Of a DNA stretch of 54,981 bases, positions 1-8,143 are shown piece after piece. Numbering within the stretch: position 1 is the first letter of the stretch; each line of letters opens with the position of its first letter. The notes under the pieces were generated by a model. That model did not search any database. It worked only from the letters and a program-made list of their open reading frames with translations, and was not told the origin of the DNA. The stretch is from Candidatus Staskawiczbacteria bacterium (lineage in GTDB: Bacteria; Patescibacteriota; Minisyncoccia; Minisyncoccales; Staskawiczbacteraceae): assembly GCA_903835075.1 (NCBI GenBank), contig CAILLM010000006.1, positions 1 through 54,981 of the forward strand, in the 5' to 3' direction. The position numbers and the translations under genes are program-made.

Positions 1-272
1 GTAGAAGAATCAACTGCTTGACCGGTGATACTTACTGGTGAGCCGTCATCAGTCACTGCACCGGCATCTGAGTAGTCGGCGCCCACGATAATTGTCATTT
101 CTGCATCACCATTTAAGGTGATAATAGGAGCTGTTGTATCGAGCGTAATGACTGGAGGACGACCGGAACGTTCTGCCAATGCAGGCTTTGCACCAACATA
201 AAAACCGCTAATTATTAAAACAGAGACTGTTAAAAATACGAAACTATTTTTGAAAGATAGTACGATTTTCAT
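1..272 (-). CDS. Secreted protein with Ig-like (DUF5011-type) domain, 5' part only; runs off the window start
   Basis: Not in the ORF track. Manual translation from ATG at 272 gives MKIVLSFKNSFVFLTVSVLIISGFYVGAKPALA (signal peptide), then DTTAPIITLNGDAEMTIIVGADYSDAGAVTDDGS, typical of DUF5011/Ig-like repeats. No stop before base 1. Confidence 0.75.
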   Translation of the reverse strand, partial: MKIVLSFKNSFVFLTVSVLIISGFYVGAKPALAERSGRPPVITLDTTAPIITLNGDAEMTIIVGADYSDAGAVTDDGSPVSITGQAVDSS

Positions 273-392
273 TTTTTATTTTTTACCGAGTTAATCAAAT
301 TTACTTTTAAGCAAAATGTGACAAAGTAAAAATTTAAACAAGGTATTTTTTATTGCAATTTTAATTCTAATAATATCTGCTTGGAATTTATT

Positions 393-422
393 ATCATACA
401 ACAAGACCCCCCTTCTTGTCAA
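393..422 (-). promoter_or_regulatory. Sigma70-type promoter for the Ig-like gene
   Basis: TTGACA (422-417), 18-nt spacer, TATGAT (398-393); overlaps the last codons of the upstream ORF. Confidence 0.5.
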
Positions 423-1041
423 GTACCATGCTATTTTTTTCATATCCCCGTATAACTGCGACTAAGGTGCTTGAATTAAAAACTTGGGTTAATTCTAATT
501 GCAAAGCTTGGGCATATTGGATTTCTGCGGCGCGGATTTTAGCAGAGTTGGGGTATTTTGCAAAAATTGCCAATTCTACATCATCACGAACATAGTTTTT
601 ATTAGCATCAATGCCTGCAATAGTGGAATCATTTAATTTTTGGTTGGGCTGAGGTGGCAAATTTTTACCATTAACATCATTTATTGTTATTTTTTTACTT
701 GATATAAAATCAATTTTTTGCTGGGTTTTTTCTGCTTGCTCCTCACGCCAGCAACCATAAATATAGCACGTAAAAAACATAATAATAATGACCGTATAAA
801 CTATGCGGATAACGCACCATGCTGTATCAAATTTAGGAAACTTTTTTAAGAATTTTTCCTTGAAAAATAAGATAAAAATTGCAGGAAAAATCATAAACAA
901 TATAATAAAAAATCCAATGCCTAATTGGAATGAGTTTTCTGCAAAAAATAGTGCCACAATAAAATATGCAAGAAAAAGTAAAATAAAAATTCTACCCAAC
1001 CAAATCAGTGATTTAAAAATTTTGTTCATGTAGTGCTGCAT
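394..1041 (-). CDS. Hypothetical membrane protein (3 TM plus soluble domain with GIDANKNYVRDDVE motif), possibly C-terminally truncated
   Basis: 215-aa ORF with three hydrophobic segments and a DxNxNxxxDD Ca-binding-like motif. Confidence 0.7.
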   Translation of the reverse strand: MQHYMNKIFKSLIWLGRIFILLFLAYFIVALFFAENSFQLGIGFFIILFMIFPAIFILFFKEKFLKKFPKFDTAWCVIRIVYTVIIIMFFTCYIYGCWREEQAEKTQQKIDFISSKKITINDVNGKNLPPQPNQKLNDSTIAGIDANKNYVRDDVELAIFAKYPNSAKIRAAEIQYAQALQLELTQVFNSSTLVAVIRGYEKNSMVLDKKGGLVV

Positions 1042-1118
1042 TGTTTATTGTAACAATTATTTTATTTTACAATTTTTTGCCAAACAAAATCCATAGCCTC
1101 AAACTGTGGATAACTTTT

Positions 1119-1703
1119 TTACCATTTGCAACCAACGCTATTCTGCTGGGCTTGTTTTTCAGCTGATGCAATTTCTGTTTTATATTTTACGTCTGGCGGG
1201 TAAAAGCGTGCTACTGCCAAACCTTCTTGTACTAATTGAACATCCACATTTGTATTGTTTATAAAAATATACCGCAAACATCTGCCATATTGGTCTAAAT
1301 CGGTTTTGTCTTTTTCCAAAATAACTTGTTTACCTAAAACTAAATTTTCCAAGCGTTTTTTTGCTTGCTCATAACATGGGTAACCTTTTTCATCAGCATC
1401 CATGCCCAACAACCTAACGTGATAACCGCCTTCCACAACAACCGTGTCGCCATCAATTACTTTTGTGACAATTGTGTTGTTGCTAGCACCACAGGATATA
1501 GTACTTGTCGACGAATTTTTTATTATATCTGGGATAACCTTATTGCTTTCTGCCTCCCCGACTATTCCGTTATTCCGCGGAATATTGGAATAGTTATTCT
1601 GTAATCCCAAATAAACACCCACACTAATTATTAGTGCTCCCAAAATTATTGCCAAAAATATGCTTGCCCTGAGCGAAACCGAAGGGTTATTTTCTTTTAA
1701 CAT
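1119..1703 (-). CDS. Thermonuclease (staphylococcal nuclease family), membrane-anchored
   Basis: Motifs VIDGDT, VRLLGMDA, DQYGRCLRY and LVQEGLA; N-terminal TM helix. Confidence 0.92.
   Translation of the reverse strand: MLKENNPSVSLRASIFLAIILGALIISVGVYLGLQNNYSNIPRNNGIVGEAESNKVIPDIIKNSSTSTISCGASNNTIVTKVIDGDTVVVEGGYHVRLLGMDADEKGYPCYEQAKKRLENLVLGKQVILEKDKTDLDQYGRCLRYIFINNTNVDVQLVQEGLAVARFYPPDVKYKTEIASAEKQAQQNSVGCKW
1663..1686 (-). repeat. Family A palindromic repeat, in frame in the thermonuclease N-terminus
   Basis: CCCTTCGGTTTCGCTCAGGGCAAG on the minus strand; encodes NPSVSLRAS. Confidence 0.7.
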
Positions 1704-1717
1704 TATGTTATTTTAAT

Positions 1718-1761
1718 CCTTCGGCAAGCTCAGGACAAGCCCTTCGACTAACTCAGGACAA
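1718..1761 (+). repeat. Tandem pair of family A palindromic repeats (intergenic)
   Basis: CCTTCGGCAAGCTCAGGACAAG followed directly by CCCTTCGACTAACTCAGGACAA. Confidence 0.85.
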
Positions 1762-1766
1762 TATAT

Positions 1767-1794
1767 AAAAAAAGAGTCGGGATATTTTCCCGAC
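1767..1794 (-). terminator. Intrinsic terminator
   Basis: GTCGGGA/TCCCGAC stem with a U-tract on the minus strand, downstream of 1814..2533. Confidence 0.7.
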
Positions 1795-1813
1795 CTAACG
1801 ACAATTGAAAAAC

Positions 1814-2533
1814 TTATTGCCTTTGATAGATTGCCAATTGTTGTTCCCACACCTGCAAAAGTAGTCTTTGCATGGGCTCGCGAATGTATTGTTCTTGTTC
1901 TTCAAGAGCTGGCCTAAAAGGCGAACAACTGCTTTCAGCAAGAGCAATAACACCAGGATGCCGGCTTTCCATCTCGCCCAAGAGAACTCTCAGCCCCCTG
2001 ATGCCAGACAAACCAGTAAAGTTTTCCCATCCCAGTATGTACTGACCGCCTTTCGAAACTAACATGCGAGCATAATGTCTGGCGCGGGTATCACACTCAA
2101 CAACTGCTTTAAATATTCTAAAACGCGCAGATGCCTCCAAAGCAGATTGAGACCTCCCAACCACACTAGGCAGTAGCAGGACTCCCCTGTTTTCATAGCT
2201 CACTACCGCTTCTAAGGCAAGACCAAGCACAGGAGATGAAGGGTCACCATTCAAATAGTTAGGAGCTGGCTGAATTTGTCCGCATCTGTCAAAAAGATGT
2301 ACGATTTTCCCTGACCCGTCTTCGGGACTATAAAAATCGTCTTGCAACAAAGTTTCAAGCAAATCCTGAGTCAATGCGTAACTGGCAAACTGTTTGGAAA
2401 GCCAAGGCTCGTCAATCTCGTGAGCATCAAGCTCTAACTTCAAAAAACCAAACGCTTCCCTAATTATGCTCTCTTGGCTTACTAGCTGACTTTCGAGGGT
2501 GGCAACTGCCACTTCCAATTCTTCAGGTTTCAT
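1814..2533 (-). CDS. Hypothetical protein (orphan, GC higher than neighbours)
   Basis: 239-aa ORF with its own promoter and terminator; no motif recognised. Confidence 0.75.
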   Translation of the reverse strand: MKPEELEVAVATLESQLVSQESIIREAFGFLKLELDAHEIDEPWLSKQFASYALTQDLLETLLQDDFYSPEDGSGKIVHLFDRCGQIQPAPNYLNGDPSSPVLGLALEAVVSYENRGVLLLPSVVGRSQSALEASARFRIFKAVVECDTRARHYARMLVSKGGQYILGWENFTGLSGIRGLRVLLGEMESRHPGVIALAESSCSPFRPALEEQEQYIREPMQRLLLQVWEQQLAIYQRQ

Positions 2534-2574
2534 ATTTAGTATGTGGGTATTTTGGTATTCAAGGAACCGCCTTC

Positions 2575-2602
2575 ATACTAACAATTTTTAAAGATTTGTC
2601 AA
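2575..2602 (-). promoter_or_regulatory. Sigma70-type promoter
   Basis: TTGACA-16 nt-TAGTAT with a TGn extension. Confidence 0.6.
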
Positions 2603-2609
2603 CCCAAAC

Positions 2610-2645
2610 AAAAACCGCCCGCGACAATAATCGGGACGGTTTTTT
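2610..2645. terminator. Bidirectional terminator after clpB
   Basis: AAAAACCGCCCG...CGGGACGGTTTTT hairpin flanked by A and T tracts. Confidence 0.7.
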
Positions 2646-2651
2646 ATTTTT

Positions 2652-5393
2652 CTATTTTTTAGATTTGGTTAATTGCCGATTATTTTGCATTTTTGACAAA
2701 ACCTTGGATGTTTCCCTCGGGCGTAGCCCTACGGGCGAGCCAAATACTATTTTTCCACCTTGCTGATCTATAAATACCCTACTGCCTTCTGCAATTTCGT
2801 TGGCAACTATTTTTACAGATAATGGATCTAAAATTAAGCGTTGTATAACTCTTTTCAATGGGCGCGCTCCCAAATTTGAGTCAAAACCTTCTTTAACTAA
2901 TAATTCTTTTGCTTTTTCTGAAATACTTATTTTTATTTCTTTTGTGGCCAAACGTTTTTCAACTTTAGACAACTCTAAATCAACAATTGTTTTGATTTCT
3001 TCTTTTTTGAGGTAATTGAATATAACAATTTCATCAATTCTGTTTAAAAATTCTGGCCTAAAAGAATCACGTAAGGTATCAAATATTTTTTCTCGCATAT
3101 TTTCTCTTTGCACAATTTCTTCTTTATTACTAAAACCAAGTGAAGACATTTTGTTGATGTAGTCGCTTCCCAAGTTTGAAGTCATTATAATAATTGTATT
3201 TTTGAATGACACCAATCTGCCCTTAGAGTCAGTCAATCTGCCGTCTTCAAAAATTTGTAACAAAATATTAAACACATCGGGGTGGGCTTTTTCAACTTCA
3301 TCTAATAACAAAACCGAGTATGGTCTTCTTCGAACTTTTTCAGTTAACTGGCCCGATTCTTCGTAACCAATGTACCCCGGAGGGCTTCCAATTATCTTAG
3401 AAATTGTGTGACGTTCCATATATTCAGACATATCAAGGCGAATCATTGCTTTTTCGTCATCAAATAAAAATTCTGCCAATGCTCTGGCTGTTTCGGTTTT
3501 TCCCACACCAGTTGGCCCTAAAAACAAGAATGAACCCAATGGTTTATTTTCCTCAGAAATTCCTGCCCTAGCTCTTCTAATAGCTCTTGAAATTGCTGAA
3601 ATTGCCTCTTGTTGGCCAATAACTCTGCGGTTTAGAGTATCTTCCATTGTTTCCAATTTTTTGGCTTCTTCAGTAATTAAGCGGGTAACTGGAATTCCCG
3701 TCCAACGTGAAACAACTCTGGCGACCTCTTCTTCGGTAACTTCTTCTTTTAAGAATCTGTGTTCTTTTTGAATTTTAATTAATTTTTGTTCTGTGGCAGC
3801 TAATTCTTTTAATAATTCTGGAATTTTTCCATATTTTATTTCCGCTACTTTTTCTAAATCAGCTTCACGCTGAGCAATTTCGGTTTGATAAGACAAATTA
3901 TCAACTTTTTCACGAATGTCTTTAATTTTGTTAATTAATTCTTTTTCAGCGCCCCATTTCAAACGTAAAGATTTTGATTTTTCATTTAAGTCAGCCAATT
4001 CACGAGAAATTACTTTAAGCCTTCTTTCACTTCCCTTTTCTTTTTTAAGAGCTTGTTTTTCAATTTCCAATTTCATTATTGCCTCATTAAATTTTTCCAA
4101 TTCTTGGGGGTCAGACTCAATCTCTAACCTTAAAGCACTGGCTGCTTCATCCATTAAGTCAACTGCTTTATCTGGTAAAAATCTATCAGCAATGTAACGC
4201 GAGGCCAAGTCCACAGCAGCTTTAATTGCCGAATCTTTAATTTTTACTCCATGGTGAACCTCATATTTTTCTTTAATTCCACGCAACATTGCAGTAGCAT
4301 CTTCAATGCTTGGTTCTTGGACAAAAATTGGCTGAAACCTTCTTTCTAGCGCTGGATCTTTTTCAATATATTTTTGATACTCTCGTAAAGTTGTCGCTCC
4401 AATTGCGCGCAATTCGCCACGCGCCAAAGCTGGCTTTAATAAGTTTGAAGCATCAATTGCTCCCTCAGCAGCTCCTGCCCCCACTAAAGTGTGGAGCTCA
4501 TCAATAAACAAAATATATTTTCCAGCACTTCGTGAGAGTTCTTTCAATAAAGCCTTTATTCTGGTTTCAAATTCTCCACGATATTTTGTACCAGCAACAA
4601 GTGACCCTAAATCTAAAGAAATAACTTCTTTATTTTTCAAAAAATCTGGCACATTTCCCCTGGCAATTCTTTGGGCAAAACCTTCAACAATAGCTGTTTT
4701 TCCAACACCTGCCTCTCCAATTAAAACAGGGTTATTTTTTGTTCTTCTAGAAATTATTTGCATTAATCTTCTAACTTCATTGTCTCTACCAACAATTGGA
4801 TCAATTTTTCCAGCAGCTGCCAGGTTTGTTAAATTTCTAGTATATTTTTCTATTACCTGATATTTTGATTCGGGGTCGGGGTCAGTAATTCTTTCAGTCC
4901 CCCTTATTTGTGACAAAACCTTCATTACTGCTTCATAATCAAGTTTTGAATTCTTTAATCCTGCACCATCAATTCCCGATGGACTGCCAACTAAAAAATT
5001 AATTTTTTCTAAAATGTCTTTAGCGCCGGACTTTGTGTCTATTAAAGCTAAAAACAAATGTTCTATGGAAATAAATTCATCATTCATTTTTATGGCTTCT
5101 TGCCTTGCCCTATCTAAAACTTTTGCCATATCTTGCGTAAGATAAAACTGCCCAAATGCTTGTTGGGCTGCGACTGGTGGAATTCTTAAAATTTGCGCAT
5201 CAACTTTTTTAAGTAATAAGTCGGCATCAACCCCAAGTTTTTGTAAAATTGTAACTACAATTGACCCTTCTTGTGTTAGCAAAACAGACAATAAATGCAA
5301 AGCATCAATTTGTGATTGCCCTTTTTCTTGCGCCAATTGCTGTGCCTGCATTAATGCGTCCTGTGCTTTGTTGGTAAAATTTGCTCCGTTCAT
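2652..5393 (-). CDS. clpB: ATP-dependent chaperone ClpB
   Basis: Clp N domain, two AAA+ modules (GEAGVGKT, GPTGVGKT), GTKYRGEFE pore loop and a long coiled-coil M domain. Start reassigned to the ATG at 5393 (MNGANFT). Confidence 0.95.
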   Translation of the reverse strand: MNGANFTNKAQDALMQAQQLAQEKGQSQIDALHLLSVLLTQEGSIVVTILQKLGVDADLLLKKVDAQILRIPPVAAQQAFGQFYLTQDMAKVLDRARQEAIKMNDEFISIEHLFLALIDTKSGAKDILEKINFLVGSPSGIDGAGLKNSKLDYEAVMKVLSQIRGTERITDPDPESKYQVIEKYTRNLTNLAAAGKIDPIVGRDNEVRRLMQIISRRTKNNPVLIGEAGVGKTAIVEGFAQRIARGNVPDFLKNKEVISLDLGSLVAGTKYRGEFETRIKALLKELSRSAGKYILFIDELHTLVGAGAAEGAIDASNLLKPALARGELRAIGATTLREYQKYIEKDPALERRFQPIFVQEPSIEDATAMLRGIKEKYEVHHGVKIKDSAIKAAVDLASRYIADRFLPDKAVDLMDEAASALRLEIESDPQELEKFNEAIMKLEIEKQALKKEKGSERRLKVISRELADLNEKSKSLRLKWGAEKELINKIKDIREKVDNLSYQTEIAQREADLEKVAEIKYGKIPELLKELAATEQKLIKIQKEHRFLKEEVTEEEVARVVSRWTGIPVTRLITEEAKKLETMEDTLNRRVIGQQEAISAISRAIRRARAGISEENKPLGSFLFLGPTGVGKTETARALAEFLFDDEKAMIRLDMSEYMERHTISKIIGSPPGYIGYEESGQLTEKVRRRPYSVLLLDEVEKAHPDVFNILLQIFEDGRLTDSKGRLVSFKNTIIIMTSNLGSDYINKMSSLGFSNKEEIVQRENMREKIFDTLRDSFRPEFLNRIDEIVIFNYLKKEEIKTIVDLELSKVEKRLATKEIKISISEKAKELLVKEGFDSNLGARPLKRVIQRLILDPLSVKIVANEIAEGSRVFIDQQGGKIVFGSPVGLRPRETSKVLSKMQNNRQLTKSKK
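2714..2735. repeat. GC hairpin in the ClpB C-terminal extension
   Basis: CCCTCGGGCGTAGCCCTACGGG; encodes PVGLRPRE beyond the usual ClpB end. Confidence 0.5.
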
Positions 5394-5501
5394 AGATTTA
5401 TAAATTAGTATTTTAAGATGTTTATTAAATAGTATATGATAATCTGCTCGCAACCATCATTAAAAAAATGGATAAAAGGTTGTAAAATTTGCTCCGTTCA
5501 T
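5374..5501 (-). repeat. 20-bp direct repeat of the clpB start (5374-5393 and 5482-5501); the upstream copy begins a 13-aa mini-ORF
   Basis: ATGAACGGAGCAAATTTTAC occurs twice; 5501..5460 reads MNGANFTTFYPFF-stop. Confidence 0.85.
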
Positions 5502-5561
5502 TTTTGATATTTTTATTTATATTATTATTACGTTCTAATTTATTATTTTAGCTCACTACTC

Positions 5562-5599
5562 ATGATAAAGCAATAGCACTCTCAAGTCAAGAGTGACAA
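5562..5599 (-). promoter_or_regulatory. CIRCE (HrcA operator) overlapping the clpB promoter
   Basis: ATAGCACTC-N9-GAGTGACAA at 5573-5599 versus consensus TTAGCACTC-N9-GAGTGCTAA; TTGACT-17-TATCAT on the minus strand. Confidence 0.8.
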
Positions 5600-5608
5600 A
5601 TCTTATGT

Positions 5609-5638
5609 AAAAAAAGGCGGGTTCTGGTGAGAACCCGC
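5609..5638 (-). terminator. Intrinsic terminator of aroF
   Basis: GCGGGTTCT-GGTG-AGAACCCGC perfect stem with a U-tract on the minus strand. Confidence 0.85.
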
Positions 5639-5650
5639 ATCATAAAAGGG

Positions 5651-6673
5651 CTACATACTTCTGCCAGCGGCGAGAGCAAGAACCCTCAGCTCACTGCAAA
5701 GACGTGCAAAGTCCGAAAACGTCAGCGAATGTGCACCGTCGCATAGGGCCTTTTTGGGATTCGGATGAATCTCAATAATCAACCCATCTGTGTCACCAGC
5801 AACCGCCATCTTAGCATAACTGGGGACATACTGAAACTTCCCTGCCGTGTGGCTTGGATCGGTGATAATTGGCAAATGGGTCAACTGACGCAGAACTGGA
5901 ATTACTCCCACATCAAAGGTGAAGCGCGTGGAATTATCAAATGTTCTAATGCCACGATGGCAAAGAATAACATTCGGTTGGTCTCCATTGCAACGCAGGA
6001 TATAGTCTGCCGCCATCAACCATTCGTCGATAGTGGCTGTAAGCCCACGCTTGAGAAGTACCGGCTTGTGCGCTTTCCCGACCGCGTCAAGCAGCCGATA
6101 ATTTTGCATGTTGCGAGCACCAATTTGCAGAATGTCGGCGTAGCCCGCGATAAGCTGGACGTCTTGTTCGCTCGTCACTTCGGTGACAATAAGTAGTCCG
6201 GTTTCATCACGTGCTTCTGCAAGGATTTTCAAACCTTCCTCGCCAAGGCCTTGGAAGGCAAAAGGAGAGGTTCTCGGCTTAAATGCTCCTCCGCGCAGAA
6301 ATTGCGCCCCGCACTTTTTAGCCAACCTTGCGCAAGCCAATGTTGTCTCTCTGTCTTCCACTGCACAAGGTCCTGCCATTGTCACGAGCTGATTACCACC
6401 GATTTCGATGTTTCCAACTTTCACAACGCTATTGTCCTTTTTAAAGTCACGCGAAGCCAATTTATAGGGCTTTTGCATTCTCACGACTTGTTCCACGTTG
6501 GGCAGAACTTCAAAGACTCCCGTATCCAATTCTCCTGTGTTTGCCCCTAAAACGGCGATGACTGTCCGTTCTGTGCCGATATTCATCTGGACTTCACATT
6601 CGAGGTCTTTAACTCGTGCGATAACTACTTCTATATCTACTGGCTTTGCGCCTTTTCTCATTTCGATTATCAT
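5651..6673 (-). CDS. aroF: DAHP synthase type I-beta with N-terminal ACT/ferredoxin-like regulatory domain
   Basis: AGPCAVE, RGGAFKPRTSP, QIGARNMQN, DPSH and IEIHPNP motifs; N-terminal domain resembles the Thermotoga-type enzyme. Confidence 0.93.
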   Translation of the reverse strand: MIIEMRKGAKPVDIEVVIARVKDLECEVQMNIGTERTVIAVLGANTGELDTGVFEVLPNVEQVVRMQKPYKLASRDFKKDNSVVKVGNIEIGGNQLVTMAGPCAVEDRETTLACARLAKKCGAQFLRGGAFKPRTSPFAFQGLGEEGLKILAEARDETGLLIVTEVTSEQDVQLIAGYADILQIGARNMQNYRLLDAVGKAHKPVLLKRGLTATIDEWLMAADYILRCNGDQPNVILCHRGIRTFDNSTRFTFDVGVIPVLRQLTHLPIITDPSHTAGKFQYVPSYAKMAVAGDTDGLIIEIHPNPKKALCDGAHSLTFSDFARLCSELRVLALAAGRSM

Positions 6674-6725
6674 GGCGGTGTCTTTCGGTTGGTTTGGTTT
6701 GGTTTAATGTTGGGAATGAACTCAC

Positions 6726-6753
6726 AAAAAAGCTCCACTTTTTGAGAGGAGCT
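6726..6753 (-). terminator. Attenuator terminator in the aroF leader
   Basis: AGCTCC...GGAGCT stem followed by a U-tract, between the leader peptide and aroF. Confidence 0.8.
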
Positions 6754-6780
6754 CATTTGAATTTTTAATTTATTTCAGAA

Positions 6781-6858
6781 TTAAATACTCAAATCAACAC
6801 CCCTCGTAGGGAAGCTAAAGTAAAAAAAACAGATTTTGTTTGAGTTAACTTTATTCAT
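6781..6858 (-). CDS. Phe/Tyr-rich leader peptide (25 aa) of the aroF attenuator
   Basis: MNKVNSNKICFFYFSFPTRGVDLSI-stop; the FFYFSF cluster lies upstream of alternative hairpins. Confidence 0.75.
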   Translation of the reverse strand: MNKVNSNKICFFYFSFPTRGVDLSI

Positions 6859-6865
6859 TAAATAT

Positions 6866-6894
6866 AATCTAACAAATTTATTTTGATACGTCAA
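6866..6894 (-). promoter_or_regulatory. Sigma70-type promoter of the leader-aroF transcript
   Basis: TTGACG-17 nt-TAGATT with TGn; the leader ATG lies 7 nt past the -10 box. Confidence 0.7.
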
Positions 6895-6897
6895 GAC

Positions 6898-8100
6898 TTA
6901 TGGCTTTCTTTCTACTAATGTCACATCTATATCTATTTCTTTGCTACCCCTTAAAATATGTAAGGTAACTTTATCTCCCACGTTATAGTTTCTAATTATT
7001 TGTGATAAAGAATTATTGGTTGTAATTTTTTCACCATTAATTTGTAAAATAATATCTTTTTCTTTTATGCCAGCTTTTTGTGCAGGGGAACCAATTGTTA
7101 TTGCTGGCTCTCCATTATTTCCTTTCAAAACAAGCGCACCAGAATCAACCGAAAGCTTATAATCTTTTTTAACTTGCTCGTCAATTAAAATATACCTTAC
7201 TCCTAAAAATGGATACACAATTTTACTTGTTGCAATAACCTGCTGGATATCTTTTTTGGCCATATCAATTGGAATTGCAAAACCAATAGTTTGAGCTCCT
7301 TGTGCCATTGCAGTACTTATACCCATAACTTCACCTTTTAAATTAAGCAAAGGGCCGCCAGAATTCCCAGAATTAATGGCTGCGTCTGTTTGGATAATAC
7401 CTTCTAGTGTTTCCGAAAAAGAGCCCATTTGATCAGAAGCAGAAATTGTTCTTTGCAAACCCGATACTACTCCCACAGAAACAGTATTAGAAAATTGACC
7501 CAAAGCATTTCCAATAGCTATGGCTGTTTGACCAATTTGAATCCCAGACGAATCACCCAAAGTTGCTGGCTTGAACGATGCTCCATCACTTTTTATTTTT
7601 ATCACTGCCAAATCTTGCACTGGGTCTAGTGCCAAAACCTTTGCTGAATATTTTTTACCGTCACTTGTTAGAACCGTATAATCAGCTTTATTGTCAGAAA
7701 CTACATGTTTGTTGGTTAGAATCAACCCATCAACTGAAACAATAAAACCAGAACCTTCTCCAATTTCTTGATAAACTGGCAAATTCTTAGAAATAACAAT
7801 ACTTACCACTGAGGGAGAAGTGTTTCTAGCAACATCAATTATTGATTGCTCATATGAAGAATTAGACACATAGACACTTGGAGACTGGTCTTTTGGTTTT
7901 TGCACTTCTGGAACTTCAAAATATTTTAAAAATTTTTGGGTTTGCGAAGGAAAATACCGCAAAGCGCCCATGCTTGCAAAAAATCCGATAGAACATCCAA
8001 CAACAATCAATACAACAATCACCCAAAAATTTTTTGTTTTTAGATTTGCTATGGTTTTATTTTTTATTTCTTTTAAATTAAACTTTGGTAAATTGTACAT
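6898..8100 (-). CDS. htrA: HtrA/DegP-like trypsin serine protease with PDZ domain
   Basis: GSGFIV, LTNKHVV, DLAVIK, IQTDAAINSGNSGGPL, C-terminal PDZ and an N-terminal TM helix. Confidence 0.93.
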   Translation of the reverse strand: MYNLPKFNLKEIKNKTIANLKTKNFWVIVVLIVVGCSIGFFASMGALRYFPSQTQKFLKYFEVPEVQKPKDQSPSVYVSNSSYEQSIIDVARNTSPSVVSIVISKNLPVYQEIGEGSGFIVSVDGLILTNKHVVSDNKADYTVLTSDGKKYSAKVLALDPVQDLAVIKIKSDGASFKPATLGDSSGIQIGQTAIAIGNALGQFSNTVSVGVVSGLQRTISASDQMGSFSETLEGIIQTDAAINSGNSGGPLLNLKGEVMGISTAMAQGAQTIGFAIPIDMAKKDIQQVIATSKIVYPFLGVRYILIDEQVKKDYKLSVDSGALVLKGNNGEPAITIGSPAQKAGIKEKDIILQINGEKITTNNSLSQIIRNYNVGDKVTLHILRGSKEIDIDVTLVERKP

Positions 8101-8143
8101 ATTTATATACTTCTAAAAATTAAGATTAGTTTCACTTGTCGGC

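Noticed and set aside
1718..1761. Possible mini CRISPR array
   Set aside because: Two abutting repeats with no spacer and no cas genes; they belong to a dispersed repeat family.
6674..6860. T-box riboswitch upstream of aroF
   Set aside because: No T-box consensus or stem I seen; a leader-peptide attenuator explains the region.
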